Positions 1-7,977 of a stretch of 25,143 nt of DNA are shown here, in pieces. The position numbers and the translations under genes are program-made. This DNA comes from Acidimicrobiales bacterium (GTDB lineage: Bacteria; Actinomycetota; Acidimicrobiia; Acidimicrobiales; JAJPHD01), in contig DASQQH010000508.1 in assembly GCA_035643555.1 (NCBI GenBank), forward strand, positions 1-25,143, written 5' to 3'. The notes beneath the pieces were generated by a model. The model made no database searches. It had not been told where the DNA came from and saw only the letters and a list, made by a program, of their open reading frames with translations. Numbering within the stretch: the first letter of the stretch is position 1; every line of letters begins with the position of its first letter.

Positions 1-92
1 CCTGCGGCCGACCCTTGACCCCGGCTCCCCACGTGCGGGACAGCGCCTGGCGGACACCTTCCACCCCTTTGACAACCGGCCCCTCTTCATAG
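1..92 (+). mobile_element. Possible right end of an IS110-family-like insertion sequence
   Basis: Homology to the Mo-hydroxylase stops at an in-frame TAG (90-92). A perfect TTGACA (69-74) lies 17 nt before position 92, in ...TTTGACAACCGGCCCCTCTTCATAGAG. A -35 box in the right end is known for IS110 elements. No transposase is visible in the window. Confidence 0.3.
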
Positions 93-560
93 AGAGGGAC
101 CTATCCCTCGGGGACGCATCTGGCCGTTGTGGAGGTGGACACCGAGACGGGCTTTGTCGAGCTGCGCCGCCTGGTCGCCGTTGACGACTGCGGGGTGATC
201 CTCAACCCGACGAGCGTGACCGGCCAGGTCCATGGTGGCCTGGCCCAGGGGGTGGCCCAGGCCCTTTTCGAAGCACAGGTCTACGATGACGCTGGCAACC
301 CCCTCGCCACCACCCTGGTTGACTACGCGATGCCCAGCGCCGCCGACCTGCCCGACTGGGAGCTCGGGGAGTTCGCCACGCCCTCCCCCCGCAACCCGCT
401 TGGGGCCAAGGGCATCGGGGAGTCGGGCGCCGTCGGGGCGACCGCCGCGGTCCACGGGGCGGTCCTCGACGCACTCCGCCCCTACGGGGTTGAGAGCCTC
501 GACATGCCGGCGAGCCCCGAGCGGGTCTGGACCGCCCTCCAGCGCGCCGCCGGGCCATAG
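93..560 (+). pseudogene. 3' part of a xanthine dehydrogenase-family molybdopterin-binding large subunit (CoxL/CutL-like), interrupted upstream
   Basis: RGTYPSGTHLAVVEVDTETG, DDCGVILNP..GQVHGGLAQGVAQAL, TLVDYAMP and NPLGAKGIGESG are typical C-terminal motifs of this family. The frame is closed by TAG at 90-92, so the gene is not continuous with upstream sequence. Confidence 0.8.
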
Positions 561-752
561 CGGGCCGGGAAACCGCCACCCGGTCGGCCCTCAGGGCTAC
601 CCACGGGACCACGCGGCACCCCGCCGCGGAGCGGCCGGATCGCCACGGGGGTGTCCTCCTCCCGCATGGCCTGGCGTGGTTGCAGTGGTTGGCTGGGTAC
701 GATTGCCGGGCCAGCAGGCTGGCGACGTGCGTGATCGCTCACGGCAACCTGT

Positions 753-881
753 TCAGGCCGCCTCCTCCGCTGGGTCACCGGCCTCGCCGGTGACCTCCCG
801 CTCGATCTCCTCGAGTGACCGGCCCTTGGTCTCTGGCACCTGGGTGATGGTGGACACCAACGGACAGACGGCGAGGAAGGA
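753..881 (-). pseudogene. C-terminal relic of a sugar porter (SP) family MFS transporter
   Basis: Hand translation gives SFLAVCPLVSTITQVPETKGRSLEEIEREVTGEAGDPAEEAA* (stop 753-755). VPETKGRSLEEIE is the signature after TM12 of sugar porters. The rest of the gene is absent. Confidence 0.7.
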
Positions 882-1031
882 TCGGGTTGCGGCACGGTCG
901 CAGGGCGCATGCGGGAAGGAAACAGCGGGCCGGCGGGAAGACGAGCTCAGCTTACGAGGAACCGGGGTAGCCAGAGCGTGGACGGGATTCGGGAGTGGGA
1001 GGTACCACCGAGCACCTGCTGGTACCGGCCC

Positions 1032-2045
1032 CTATTCCGGGCGTTCCAGGAGGTCGGCAGCTCGCGGCAGCTCCGACCGCGAGCGGTCCACCAACAGCGG
1101 TGACGCGGGCCCTTGGCGGATCGACCCGGGTGGGGTGTCTTCAGGTGCGTTGAGCGCGTGCAGGACCGTGTCGACGAGTGCTCTGGGCTGGTCATTTTGC
1201 AGGTAGTGGTTTGCCTCCGGGATGAGATACAGAGAGTTTCGACCCGGCTTCGTCATCATGTACTCGTTCCAGACGTAGTTCATGACCCGGGGCGGCGAGA
1301 CCGTGTCGTAGACACCCCAGATGAAGGTGGTCGGCACCGCTAACGTTGCTAGTGCCCGGAGCCAGGACTCCTCGTCCTGGGATCGCTCGACCAGGTACTG
1401 GATCGTCTCGTGAAGGACCGCGACGCCCTCGCCGTGCGAGAAGATCGCAGTAAGCGCTTGGATCTCGGGGTCATCGGGGCCGCGTGGTGGCGTGTACATC
1501 GTTTGGCCCATGCCCACCGCGAGCTGTTCAGGCGTTGCACGGGCCAGCATCGCCGGGCCCGTCTCGGGGTCCAGCATGAGGCGCTGGGCCTGGGTCAGGT
1601 TCGACAGCGGCAAAAAGATGTTGCCGTTCGTGATGAAGAGGTGGTCGAGATCGACCCGGGACTCGCCGCCGGTGGCGTGGATCATCGCCACGCTGGAACC
1701 ACGGTCGTGAGCGAGCAGGATCATTGAGTCGAGGCCCAAGACTTCGCCCAGGTAGTGCTCGAGCACCTCGGCGTCGCGTCTGAGGCTGTAACCCCAGTGG
1801 AGTGGCTTGTCAGAGAAGCCGTAGCCCGGGAAATCCATCGCGCAGACGCGATAACGGTCGCTGAGCTGCTCTGCGACCGCGAACCAGTCGATCCCGCTCG
1901 TCGGGAAGCCATGGACCAGCACCAGCGGCGGCGCGTGAACGTCACCGATCTCGACGTGGAAGATTTCCACGTCGGCCGCATCCCCGCTGCGCGGAGCCCA
2001 GGTGAAGTATTTGCCCTTGTCGCGCCACGCGTCTGCCCGGCTCAT
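1032..2045 (-). CDS. Alpha/beta hydrolase, epoxide hydrolase/haloalkane dehalogenase-like (MEST-like)
   Basis: LVLVHGFPTSGIDW, DFPGYGFSDKP, AHDRG (Asp nucleophile elbow) and ANHYLQ (catalytic His); 337 aa. Confidence 0.9.
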   Translation of the reverse strand: MSRADAWRDKGKYFTWAPRSGDAADVEIFHVEIGDVHAPPLVLVHGFPTSGIDWFAVAEQLSDRYRVCAMDFPGYGFSDKPLHWGYSLRRDAEVLEHYLGEVLGLDSMILLAHDRGSSVAMIHATGGESRVDLDHLFITNGNIFLPLSNLTQAQRLMLDPETGPAMLARATPEQLAVGMGQTMYTPPRGPDDPEIQALTAIFSHGEGVAVLHETIQYLVERSQDEESWLRALATLAVPTTFIWGVYDTVSPPRVMNYVWNEYMMTKPGRNSLYLIPEANHYLQNDQPRALVDTVLHALNAPEDTPPGSIRQGPASPLLVDRSRSELPRAADLLERPE

Positions 2046-2051
2046 GGAGCC

Positions 2052-2080
2052 AGTATCTCGTAGTTGAGGGCAGCGGGCAA
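2052..2080 (-). promoter_or_regulatory. Candidate sigma70-type promoter for a leaderless hydrolase mRNA
   Basis: Minus strand reads TTGCCC-N17-GATACT-N6-ATG(2045); no Shine-Dalgarno precedes the ATG. Confidence 0.4.
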
Positions 2081-3353
2081 GGGGCTGAACGACCAGGGCA
2101 AAGGTTCTGAAACCTGAATCTTTTCCGTCTGGGATGAAAGGCTGGCTCGACCGCGTGGATAGCCTGTCACACTGTAAGCAGAAGACGAGCCCCCTCTATC
2201 AGGGGATTGGCCGGCCTTTTGTGTTGCTGGTGGCCAGCGGGGAGACCCTGCGGGACTGGGCTTGCGGGGTCATGGCATTCAGCCGTAGCGGGCGCTGTTA
2301 CGGGGGGATCAGTGCGGAAGTATCGGGAGGATCACCCACTGTTGTCGATCCGGCGGGAGCCCCATGCCATGGTCCGTGACGTGGGCACAGCATGGGCAAT
2401 GAGACTGGCTCTTCCATCGGGAACGGTTGTGCCGTGGTATGGGGTGACCTCCCCGGGAGGACGGGCTCTGTCGTCGGCTGTGACGTGCAATCGCCGGGGT
2501 CGTCGGCCACCCCGGGCTGGTGGTTGTGTGCCCGGCACGGTGTCAGCGAGCTGGCGCGAGCGGCGAGCAGGGGCTTGTCGTCCGAGGCCTGATCTGGTCG
2601 ACCGCGGATTCCTGTCCTCGGCCGGGGGGGATGACCAGCGCGCGTCTGGGGCTCTCGGCGTTGGAGGCGGCCGTCGGTCGGACCATCGCGGTGGCGGGTC
2701 GTGGCCACCGCGAACAGCTGCGACGTGATGGCGGACATTGGCCGCGATGAGGCTGGACAGCACGGGTCGGGGTGGCACGCCGGGGCTGCCCAGTGGCCCC
2801 GCGACGTCGGTGACGGGGGAGAGCAGGGGGTCGAGGCGCCCCGTCCGGCTGGCCGGCATCCCGACTGCATGGCCGGTCGCCGCCGGCCGATCGGCGGGAG
2901 GGCTGGGGTGACCGGTGGGCGAAGCCGAGGCCGTTTGGCGGCGCCGATCCGAGCCATCCTGGGCCAGGAGCGCCTGCGGCCGGGGTGCCTGGCGCGGGGC
3001 CTTGTCGACGGTGGGGTGAACCTGACCCGAGCCGGGGGCGATGCCTGCGTCGTCGTCGGTCGGATCCGGGAGTGCTGCAGCCGACTGGGCCATGACGGGA
3101 GCCGGCAAGGAGCGCGGAAGCCCTCGCGCGTCTCGACGACCTCGACGGCCCCGCAGGGCCCGACGTGCCGGTCGTCCGCCGTGAGGATCCCTGCCGGGGT
3201 AGTCGCAAGCCCCCGGTCCGGTGGCGGCAGTGCCCGGACCTTGGGAGTCGGAGGGGTCGGGAGGGGGAGAGCTGGGGTTGGGGACCGGGGACCGTGGTCC
3301 ACCGTCGTCGGGTGCGGTCAGCTCCTGGGCGGTGCAGCCCGGACGATATCGGA

Positions 3354-3372
3354 TAGGATGTTCATATGAGCA
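3354..3372 (+). promoter_or_regulatory. Candidate -10 box and ArsR/SmtB-type operator overlapping the repressor start codon
   Basis: TAGGAT (3354-3359) is 6 nt before ATG 3366, a leaderless geometry. The near-palindrome TGTTCAT/ATGAGCA (3359-3372) has one mismatch. Confidence 0.45.
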
Positions 3373-3770
3373 GAATGAGGTCTGCGTCACCGGTCGCCGA
3401 GTTGGACTCCTGTGCGGTGCGGGTGGTGGACCGGGACCGGGTGGCCACCGTGCGCTCGGACATGCCCGAGGACGACGCGGTGGCCGAGGTCGCCGACGTC
3501 TTCGGGCTCCTGGCCGACCCAGGGCGGGTGAAGATCCTGGTGGCGCTGCTGCAGGGGGAGTTGTGCGTGTGCGACCTGGCTGCCGCCTCGGGCCAGAGCG
3601 AGTCGGCCGTGTCCCACAGCCTGCGCCTGTTACGCGCCCACCGGGTGGTCGCGGCTCGTCGGGCCGGACGGATGGCCTACTACCGCCTGGACGACGCCCA
3701 CGTGCGCATGCTGTTGGACCTGGCTCTCACCCACCAGGACCATACCCTGGCGCTCCATCCCGAGCAGTGA
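3366..3770 (+). CDS. ArsR/SmtB family metal-sensing repressor (CadC/ZiaR-like)
   Basis: N-terminal Cys (DSCAVR), ELCVCDL (alpha3 site), SESAVSHSLRLLR HTH, and DAH-x10-H-x2-H (alpha5 site). Confidence 0.95.
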   Translation: MSRMRSASPVAELDSCAVRVVDRDRVATVRSDMPEDDAVAEVADVFGLLADPGRVKILVALLQGELCVCDLAAASGQSESAVSHSLRLLRAHRVVAARRAGRMAYYRLDDAHVRMLLDLALTHQDHTLALHPEQ

Positions 3771-4441
3771 GGGCCACGCCGGACGCCGCCGAGGGGAGCA
3801 CCCCCGCCCGCGCCGGGACCAACGGCATCCGGCGGGGGGCCCGGTTGGAGGTTGCCACCATCGGCTGGGACGCCGCGGAGGCCCTGGTCGCCATCGCGGC
3901 CGGGGCCCTGGCCGGTTCGGTCTCGCTCACCGGCTTCGGCCTCGACTCGGCGATCGAGGTCCTCGCCGCCTCCTTGGTGCTGGCGAGGCTGCGGACCTTC
4001 CTCGGTGGTGGGGCACCCGATGAGGGCCGGGAGCGCCGGACGCTGCGCGTGGTGGCCGCCACGTTCTTCGCCCTGGCCCTCTATCTGGTGGTGGACGGGG
4101 CGTTCGCTCTGGCCACCGGCGCCCGCCCCGCCACCTCGCCGGCCGGCATCGCCGTCACCGCCGCCGCCCTGGTGGTCATGCCCGCCCTGGCCCTGGCCAA
4201 GCGACGCACGGGCCGTCGTCTGGGTGGTCCTGGTGGGCGTCCCGAGGCCGGACGCCTCCTCGTGGCGGAGGCGTCCGAGTCCCTGGTGTGCGCCTCGCTG
4301 TCGGCCGCCACGCTCCTGGCCCTGGTTCTCAACGCTTCCCTCGGCTGGACCTGGGTGGACCCGGCCGCCGGCTTCGTGATCGCCGCCTTTGCCCTGCGGG
4401 AGGGCCGCGAGGCCTGGGGGGGTGAGCTGTGTTGCGACTGA
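3767..4441 (+). CDS. Cation diffusion facilitator-like membrane protein lacking the cytosolic C-terminal domain
   Basis: The GTG start overlaps the repressor stop (GTGA). GSVSLTGFGLDSAIEV, LLVAEASESLVCASLS and WTWVDPAAGFVIA lie within about six hydrophobic segments; the protein ends EGREAWGGELCCD. The track ORF from 3221 is over-extended. Confidence 0.85.
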   Translation: MRATPDAAEGSTPARAGTNGIRRGARLEVATIGWDAAEALVAIAAGALAGSVSLTGFGLDSAIEVLAASLVLARLRTFLGGGAPDEGRERRTLRVVAATFFALALYLVVDGAFALATGARPATSPAGIAVTAAALVVMPALALAKRRTGRRLGGPGGRPEAGRLLVAEASESLVCASLSAATLLALVLNASLGWTWVDPAAGFVIAAFALREGREAWGGELCCD

Positions 4442-5415
4442 TCCGCCGCCGAGGCCACGACGGCGGGGAGGACCACGGCCATGGGGACCACGGCCATGGG
4501 GAAGGCCACGCCGGCCACTCCCACGGGGTGAGCGCGGAGGCCGACCGGCGCTATCTGGTAGGGGCCCTCTGCCTCATCGCCGGCTTCATGGCCTTCGAGG
4601 TGGTGGCCGCGGTGGTGTCGGGGTCCCTCGTCCTCGTCGCGGACGCCGGCCACATGCTCACCGACGCCGGGGCCCTGGCCGGCTCCCTCTGGGCCCTCCG
4701 CCTGGCAGCCCGCCCGCCCGGGGGAACGCTCACCTTCGGGCTCAAGCGGGCGGAGGTGCTCTCGGCCCAGGCCAACGGTGTGACCCTTGTCGTGATGGCC
4801 CTCGTGCTCGCCTACGAGGCCATCCACCGTCTCCTGGCGCCTCCGCCGGTGGAGGGCCTGGTCCTGGTGGTGGTGGCAGGCGTGGGCGTCGGCGTCAACC
4901 TGGCCGCCACCTGGTCCCTGGCCAGGGCCAACCGGGACTCGATGAACGTCGAGGGCTCGTTCCAGCACATCCTCACCGATCTCTACGCCTTCCTCGCCAC
5001 GGTCGTCGCCGGCCTGGTGATCTTCTTCCTCCACTGGCGCTGGGCCGACCCGGTGGCCTCCCTGGTGGTGGTGGCGCTCATGCTGCGGGCGGGGTGGGGG
5101 CTGCTGCGGGACTCGGGGCGGGTCCTCCTCCAGGCCGCCCCAGACGCCGTCGACCTGGAGGAGGTCCGCCGCCACATGGCCGAGCTTCCCGAGGTGGTCT
5201 CGGTCCACGACCTCCACGCCTGGACCCTCTCCTCCAAGCTCCCCGTGCTCTCGGCCCACGTGGTGGTGAACGACGCCTGTCTGGCGGACGGGAGCAGCGG
5301 CCGGGTCCTGGACCACCTGCAGGCCTGTCTGGCCGACCACTTCGACGTGGAGCACTCCACCTTCCAGCTGGAGCCAGCGAGCCACCCCGAGCACGAGGTG
5401 CCCGACCACCGATGA
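4429..5415 (+). CDS. czcD: CzcD/ZitB-type CDF Zn/Co efflux transporter with His-rich N-terminus (start uncertain)
   Basis: DHGHGDHGHGEGHAGHSHG; ADAGHMLTDAG (TM2 HxxxD), FQHILTD (TM5 HxxxD), WADPVASL, VHDLHAWTL and HSTFQLE. Confidence 0.9.
   Translation: MLRLIRRRGHDGGEDHGHGDHGHGEGHAGHSHGVSAEADRRYLVGALCLIAGFMAFEVVAAVVSGSLVLVADAGHMLTDAGALAGSLWALRLAARPPGGTLTFGLKRAEVLSAQANGVTLVVMALVLAYEAIHRLLAPPPVEGLVLVVVAGVGVGVNLAATWSLARANRDSMNVEGSFQHILTDLYAFLATVVAGLVIFFLHWRWADPVASLVVVALMLRAGWGLLRDSGRVLLQAAPDAVDLEEVRRHMAELPEVVSVHDLHAWTLSSKLPVLSAHVVVNDACLADGSSGRVLDHLQACLADHFDVEHSTFQLEPASHPEHEVPDHR
4471..4500 (+). repeat. Perfect 15-bp tandem duplication encoding DHGHG x2
   Basis: GACCACGGCCATGGG at 4471-4485 and 4486-4500. 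Confidence 0.9.
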
Positions 5416-5436
5416 CCAGGACCGCTTGAGGCAACG

Positions 5437-5928
5437 ATGTTCGAGTTCACAGAAACGACGGTGATCGGCGCGCCACCACCGATGGTCTGGGCGGCGTTGC
5501 AGGACCTGGATGGCTGGTGGCCGGCGTCCAATCCGGACCACGAGAGCCTCGAGCGACTCGATGACCGGGGCATCGAGGTCGGGGCCCGCCTCCGGATCAA
5601 GGAGAAGATCGCCGGCATTCCTGGCGAGGCGGTCGGTGAGATCACCGAGATCCACCCCTGCTCCTCGGTCACGTGGGAGGCTCCCAGGGCCCGCTACCAC
5701 CTGCTGGGCTTCCCGTTCACCGTCGGAGAGGGGGTCACGTGGCGCCTCGAGGACCACGGCAGCGACGGCACCGGCCTGAGCGCCCATGTCTGGGCGACGT
5801 TTCCGGGCCGGCTGGGCCGCCTCCTTCAGTGGGTCTTCTCCCATGTCTTCGGTGGCATCGAGCGGGACCGTGAGCACACCCGCACAGAACTGAACTACCT
5901 GAAAGGGACACTCGAGGCAGGACAATGA
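5437..5928 (+). CDS. SRPBCC (START/Bet v1-like) family protein
   Basis: TTVIGAPPPMVWAALQDLDGWWP N-terminus, VGARLRIKE, and a C-terminal helix (TELNYLKGTLE); 163 aa, 21 nt after czcD. Confidence 0.8.
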   Translation: MFEFTETTVIGAPPPMVWAALQDLDGWWPASNPDHESLERLDDRGIEVGARLRIKEKIAGIPGEAVGEITEIHPCSSVTWEAPRARYHLLGFPFTVGEGVTWRLEDHGSDGTGLSAHVWATFPGRLGRLLQWVFSHVFGGIERDREHTRTELNYLKGTLEAGQ

Positions 5929-5969
5929 CGCGCTGGGCAGGCTGCAGGGCCGGTGAGCCACGCTCGGGT

Positions 5970-6260
5970 CACCGGTCGGTGGTGGTCCCGGTGATCAGGA
6001 GCGGCCCCCGGAGGGGCCGACGCACAGGGCCCGGAACCCGGGTGGTGGCTGGGCCCAGGGGTCCCAGGATGGAAGCCGGTGCGCGACAGCGGCGGTGGCG
6101 GCCCTCCTGGGCTGTCCCGGCGTGGCCCACCAGTGGACGTTCCCCGCCTCGACCTCGATCAGGTGGGGTGAGCGCCGGCGTCGTCGAGAAGTCCCAGGCG
6201 TCGCCGCAGGGCCCACCGTCAACCCCGCGCTGGCTGCCCGGTCCACCTGGGACCGAGGAC
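5970..6260 (-). pseudogene. Possible heavily decayed PIN-domain (VapC-like) gene
   Basis: Fragments in different frames occur in PIN order: ALRRRLGLLDDAGAH / PHLIEVEAGNVHWW / FRALCVG / GPLLITG. Several frameshifts are needed. Confidence 0.25.
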
Positions 6261-6622
6261 CGGGTGTTGGCGACACGGCCCCGGGTGCGCACCGTGCCGG
6301 CCAGTGCGCCCGGTCCCATCTCCGAGCGAACCGCTTCGGTGCCACCGCCTCGATCCCCCTCTACCGCCGACCACGGACCTCGCCGAGGATCCACCTCCGC
6401 GCTCACTGGGGCCCGGGCGCCACCACCGGCCGCGGGCAGGGTCGTGGGTGACCAGGGCCACCATGCCCGGGACCAAGCTCGGGGGATCGTCGTGGGGGAT
6501 GCCCCGTAGCGCGGAGCCCGGTTCGTCCCACGGAGTCCCCCAGGGCACCAGGTCCCTCCGCCAGCGAGCCGTCGTGGCGGGGGCCCCCAGCTACGGGGCC
6601 TGCCGTCGAGTTGGGGAGGCGC

Positions 6623-7852
6623 TCACGGTGCACGCTCCCGATGGGCGCCGATGACGTGGGCGCCCCCGGTGGACGGCCTCATGCCCAGGTGCACCCCGAG
6701 CACCACGAACCCGATCGCTCCGCACACCAGGCCCAGCCCGGCCAGGCCCAGGCCCAGGCCACCCACGGCGAGCGCCCCCACCAGCAGCGGCCCCCCGGCG
6801 TCGCCCAGCTCCCTGCCCACCTCGGCGGCACCCATGGTCTGGCCCAGGCGACCCTCGGGGGAGGCCTCCGCCACGGCGGCGAAGCCGAGGGGGGTGGCGA
6901 GGCCCACCCCTGTTCCCACCACCGCGGCTGCCACCACCAGCGCGGCGATGCCGGGGACCACGGCGGCCAGGACCAGGCCCGCGCCGGCGAGCACCACCCC
7001 CCAGCCGGCACCGCTGGTCCCCTGCAGGCGCCCCGCATCCCGGGCCCTGCCCACCCGGGGCTGAACCAGAGCGGCCACCCCGGCCAGCACCGAGACCACC
7101 GCCCCGGTGGCGATGGGGCCGAGATGGTCCCGGGCCCCGACCACGGGGAGGAACCCCACCCCGGCGGCGAGAGCGGCCGTCGCCCCCCCCAGGGTGGCCA
7201 CCGGGCCGAAAAAGCCCGGACGGGTGAACCGTCGGGCAAGGCCCGCCACGGTCTCCCGGCCCCTCGGGGTGGCGGGCACCGACGGCACCCGGAGGGCGAC
7301 CACCACCCCCACCCCCGTCGCCACCAGGGCGAGCAGGCCGAAGAGGAGCGGGTAGCCCCCCGCCACCACCAGGGCCCCGCCCACCAGGGGCCCGGACAGA
7401 TAGCCCAGCCCCTTTGCCATGCCATAGGACCCGAAGGACCGCCCCTGGCCACCCTGGCGGCCGGCCGTCGCCACGAGCGCCCCCGCCGCCGGCGAGAAGG
7501 CGGCCGCCCCGATCCCCTGGCCCAGGCGGGCGACGCCCAGGAGACCCGGGTCCCCGGCGGCGACGAAGCCGACCGAGGCCAGGGCGAAGGTGCCCAGCCC
7601 CAGGAGCAGGACGGCCTTGGCCCCCACCCGGTCCACCAGGTGGCCGAAGACCGGCTTGAGCACCACCTCCGCCCCGTCGTAGACGGCCAGCAGCACGCCG
7701 AGCTCCCACAGGGTGGCGTGGAGGCCCGAGCCGTAGCGGCCGAGGTTGGCTGCCACCGCATGCGCGCCGAAGGCGGTGACGAAGCCCGCCCCGTACAGGG
7801 GAAGGAGGGGGACCCGGGGCGAGGCGGCCGGGGCAGGCCTCCTGGTGCTCAC
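6623..7852 (-). CDS. MFS transporter (drug:H+ antiporter-like)
   Basis: VFGHLVDRVGAK (motif A), LLGVARLGQGIGAAAFSPAA and RVGRARDAG; about 12 hydrophobic segments; 409 aa. Confidence 0.9.
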   Translation of the reverse strand: MSTRRPAPAASPRVPLLPLYGAGFVTAFGAHAVAANLGRYGSGLHATLWELGVLLAVYDGAEVVLKPVFGHLVDRVGAKAVLLLGLGTFALASVGFVAAGDPGLLGVARLGQGIGAAAFSPAAGALVATAGRQGGQGRSFGSYGMAKGLGYLSGPLVGGALVVAGGYPLLFGLLALVATGVGVVVALRVPSVPATPRGRETVAGLARRFTRPGFFGPVATLGGATAALAAGVGFLPVVGARDHLGPIATGAVVSVLAGVAALVQPRVGRARDAGRLQGTSGAGWGVVLAGAGLVLAAVVPGIAALVVAAAVVGTGVGLATPLGFAAVAEASPEGRLGQTMGAAEVGRELGDAGGPLLVGALAVGGLGLGLAGLGLVCGAIGFVVLGVHLGMRPSTGGAHVIGAHRERAP

Positions 7853-7891
7853 CGGAGCACGCCGGGCGTCTGCATGCTGAGTACGATATCA

Positions 7892-7919
7892 GAATGTATC
7901 CTGTGTTACTCTCTCATTC
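7892..7919. promoter_or_regulatory. Candidate operator in the AT-rich spacer between divergent MFS and ChrB-N genes
   Basis: GTATC-N4-GTTAC (7896-7909, one mismatch from a GTAAC/GTTAC inverted repeat) and a GAATG...CATTC inverted pair (7892-7896, 7915-7919). Confidence 0.35.
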
Positions 7920-7977
7920 GTAGCAGAACCGGGAGTTCCACATTGCACCAGGGGCCACTGCGTATCGGGGGACGGAG

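Noticed and set aside
1-92. Group II intron 3' end as the cause of the coxL-like interruption
   Set aside because: No domain V hairpin (AGC/CGC triad, GNRA loop) or domain VI ending in AY is visible before the junction.
753-1034. Stop-codon read-through joining the hydrolase to the sugar-porter tail (same frame, open for 93 codons after TAG 1032-1034)
   Set aside because: The intervening ~50 codons are not protein-like and a hydrolase fused to one TM tail makes no evident sense. Open frames of this length are common at this GC.
2101-2135. Tn3-family terminal inverted repeat (ACGGAAAA on the minus strand)
   Set aside because: It lacks the GGGG start and TAAG end, and has no partner repeat or transposase in the window.
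2327-2338. GAGGATCACCCA, matching the core of the MS2 coat-protein hairpin
   Set aside because: The lower stem cannot pair (TCGG versus ACTG); most likely a chance match.
4416-4425. G7 run near the cdf1 end as a slippage site fusing cdf1 to czcD
   Set aside because: The czcD frame has TGA at 4423-4425 immediately after the run, so a shift into that frame would terminate.
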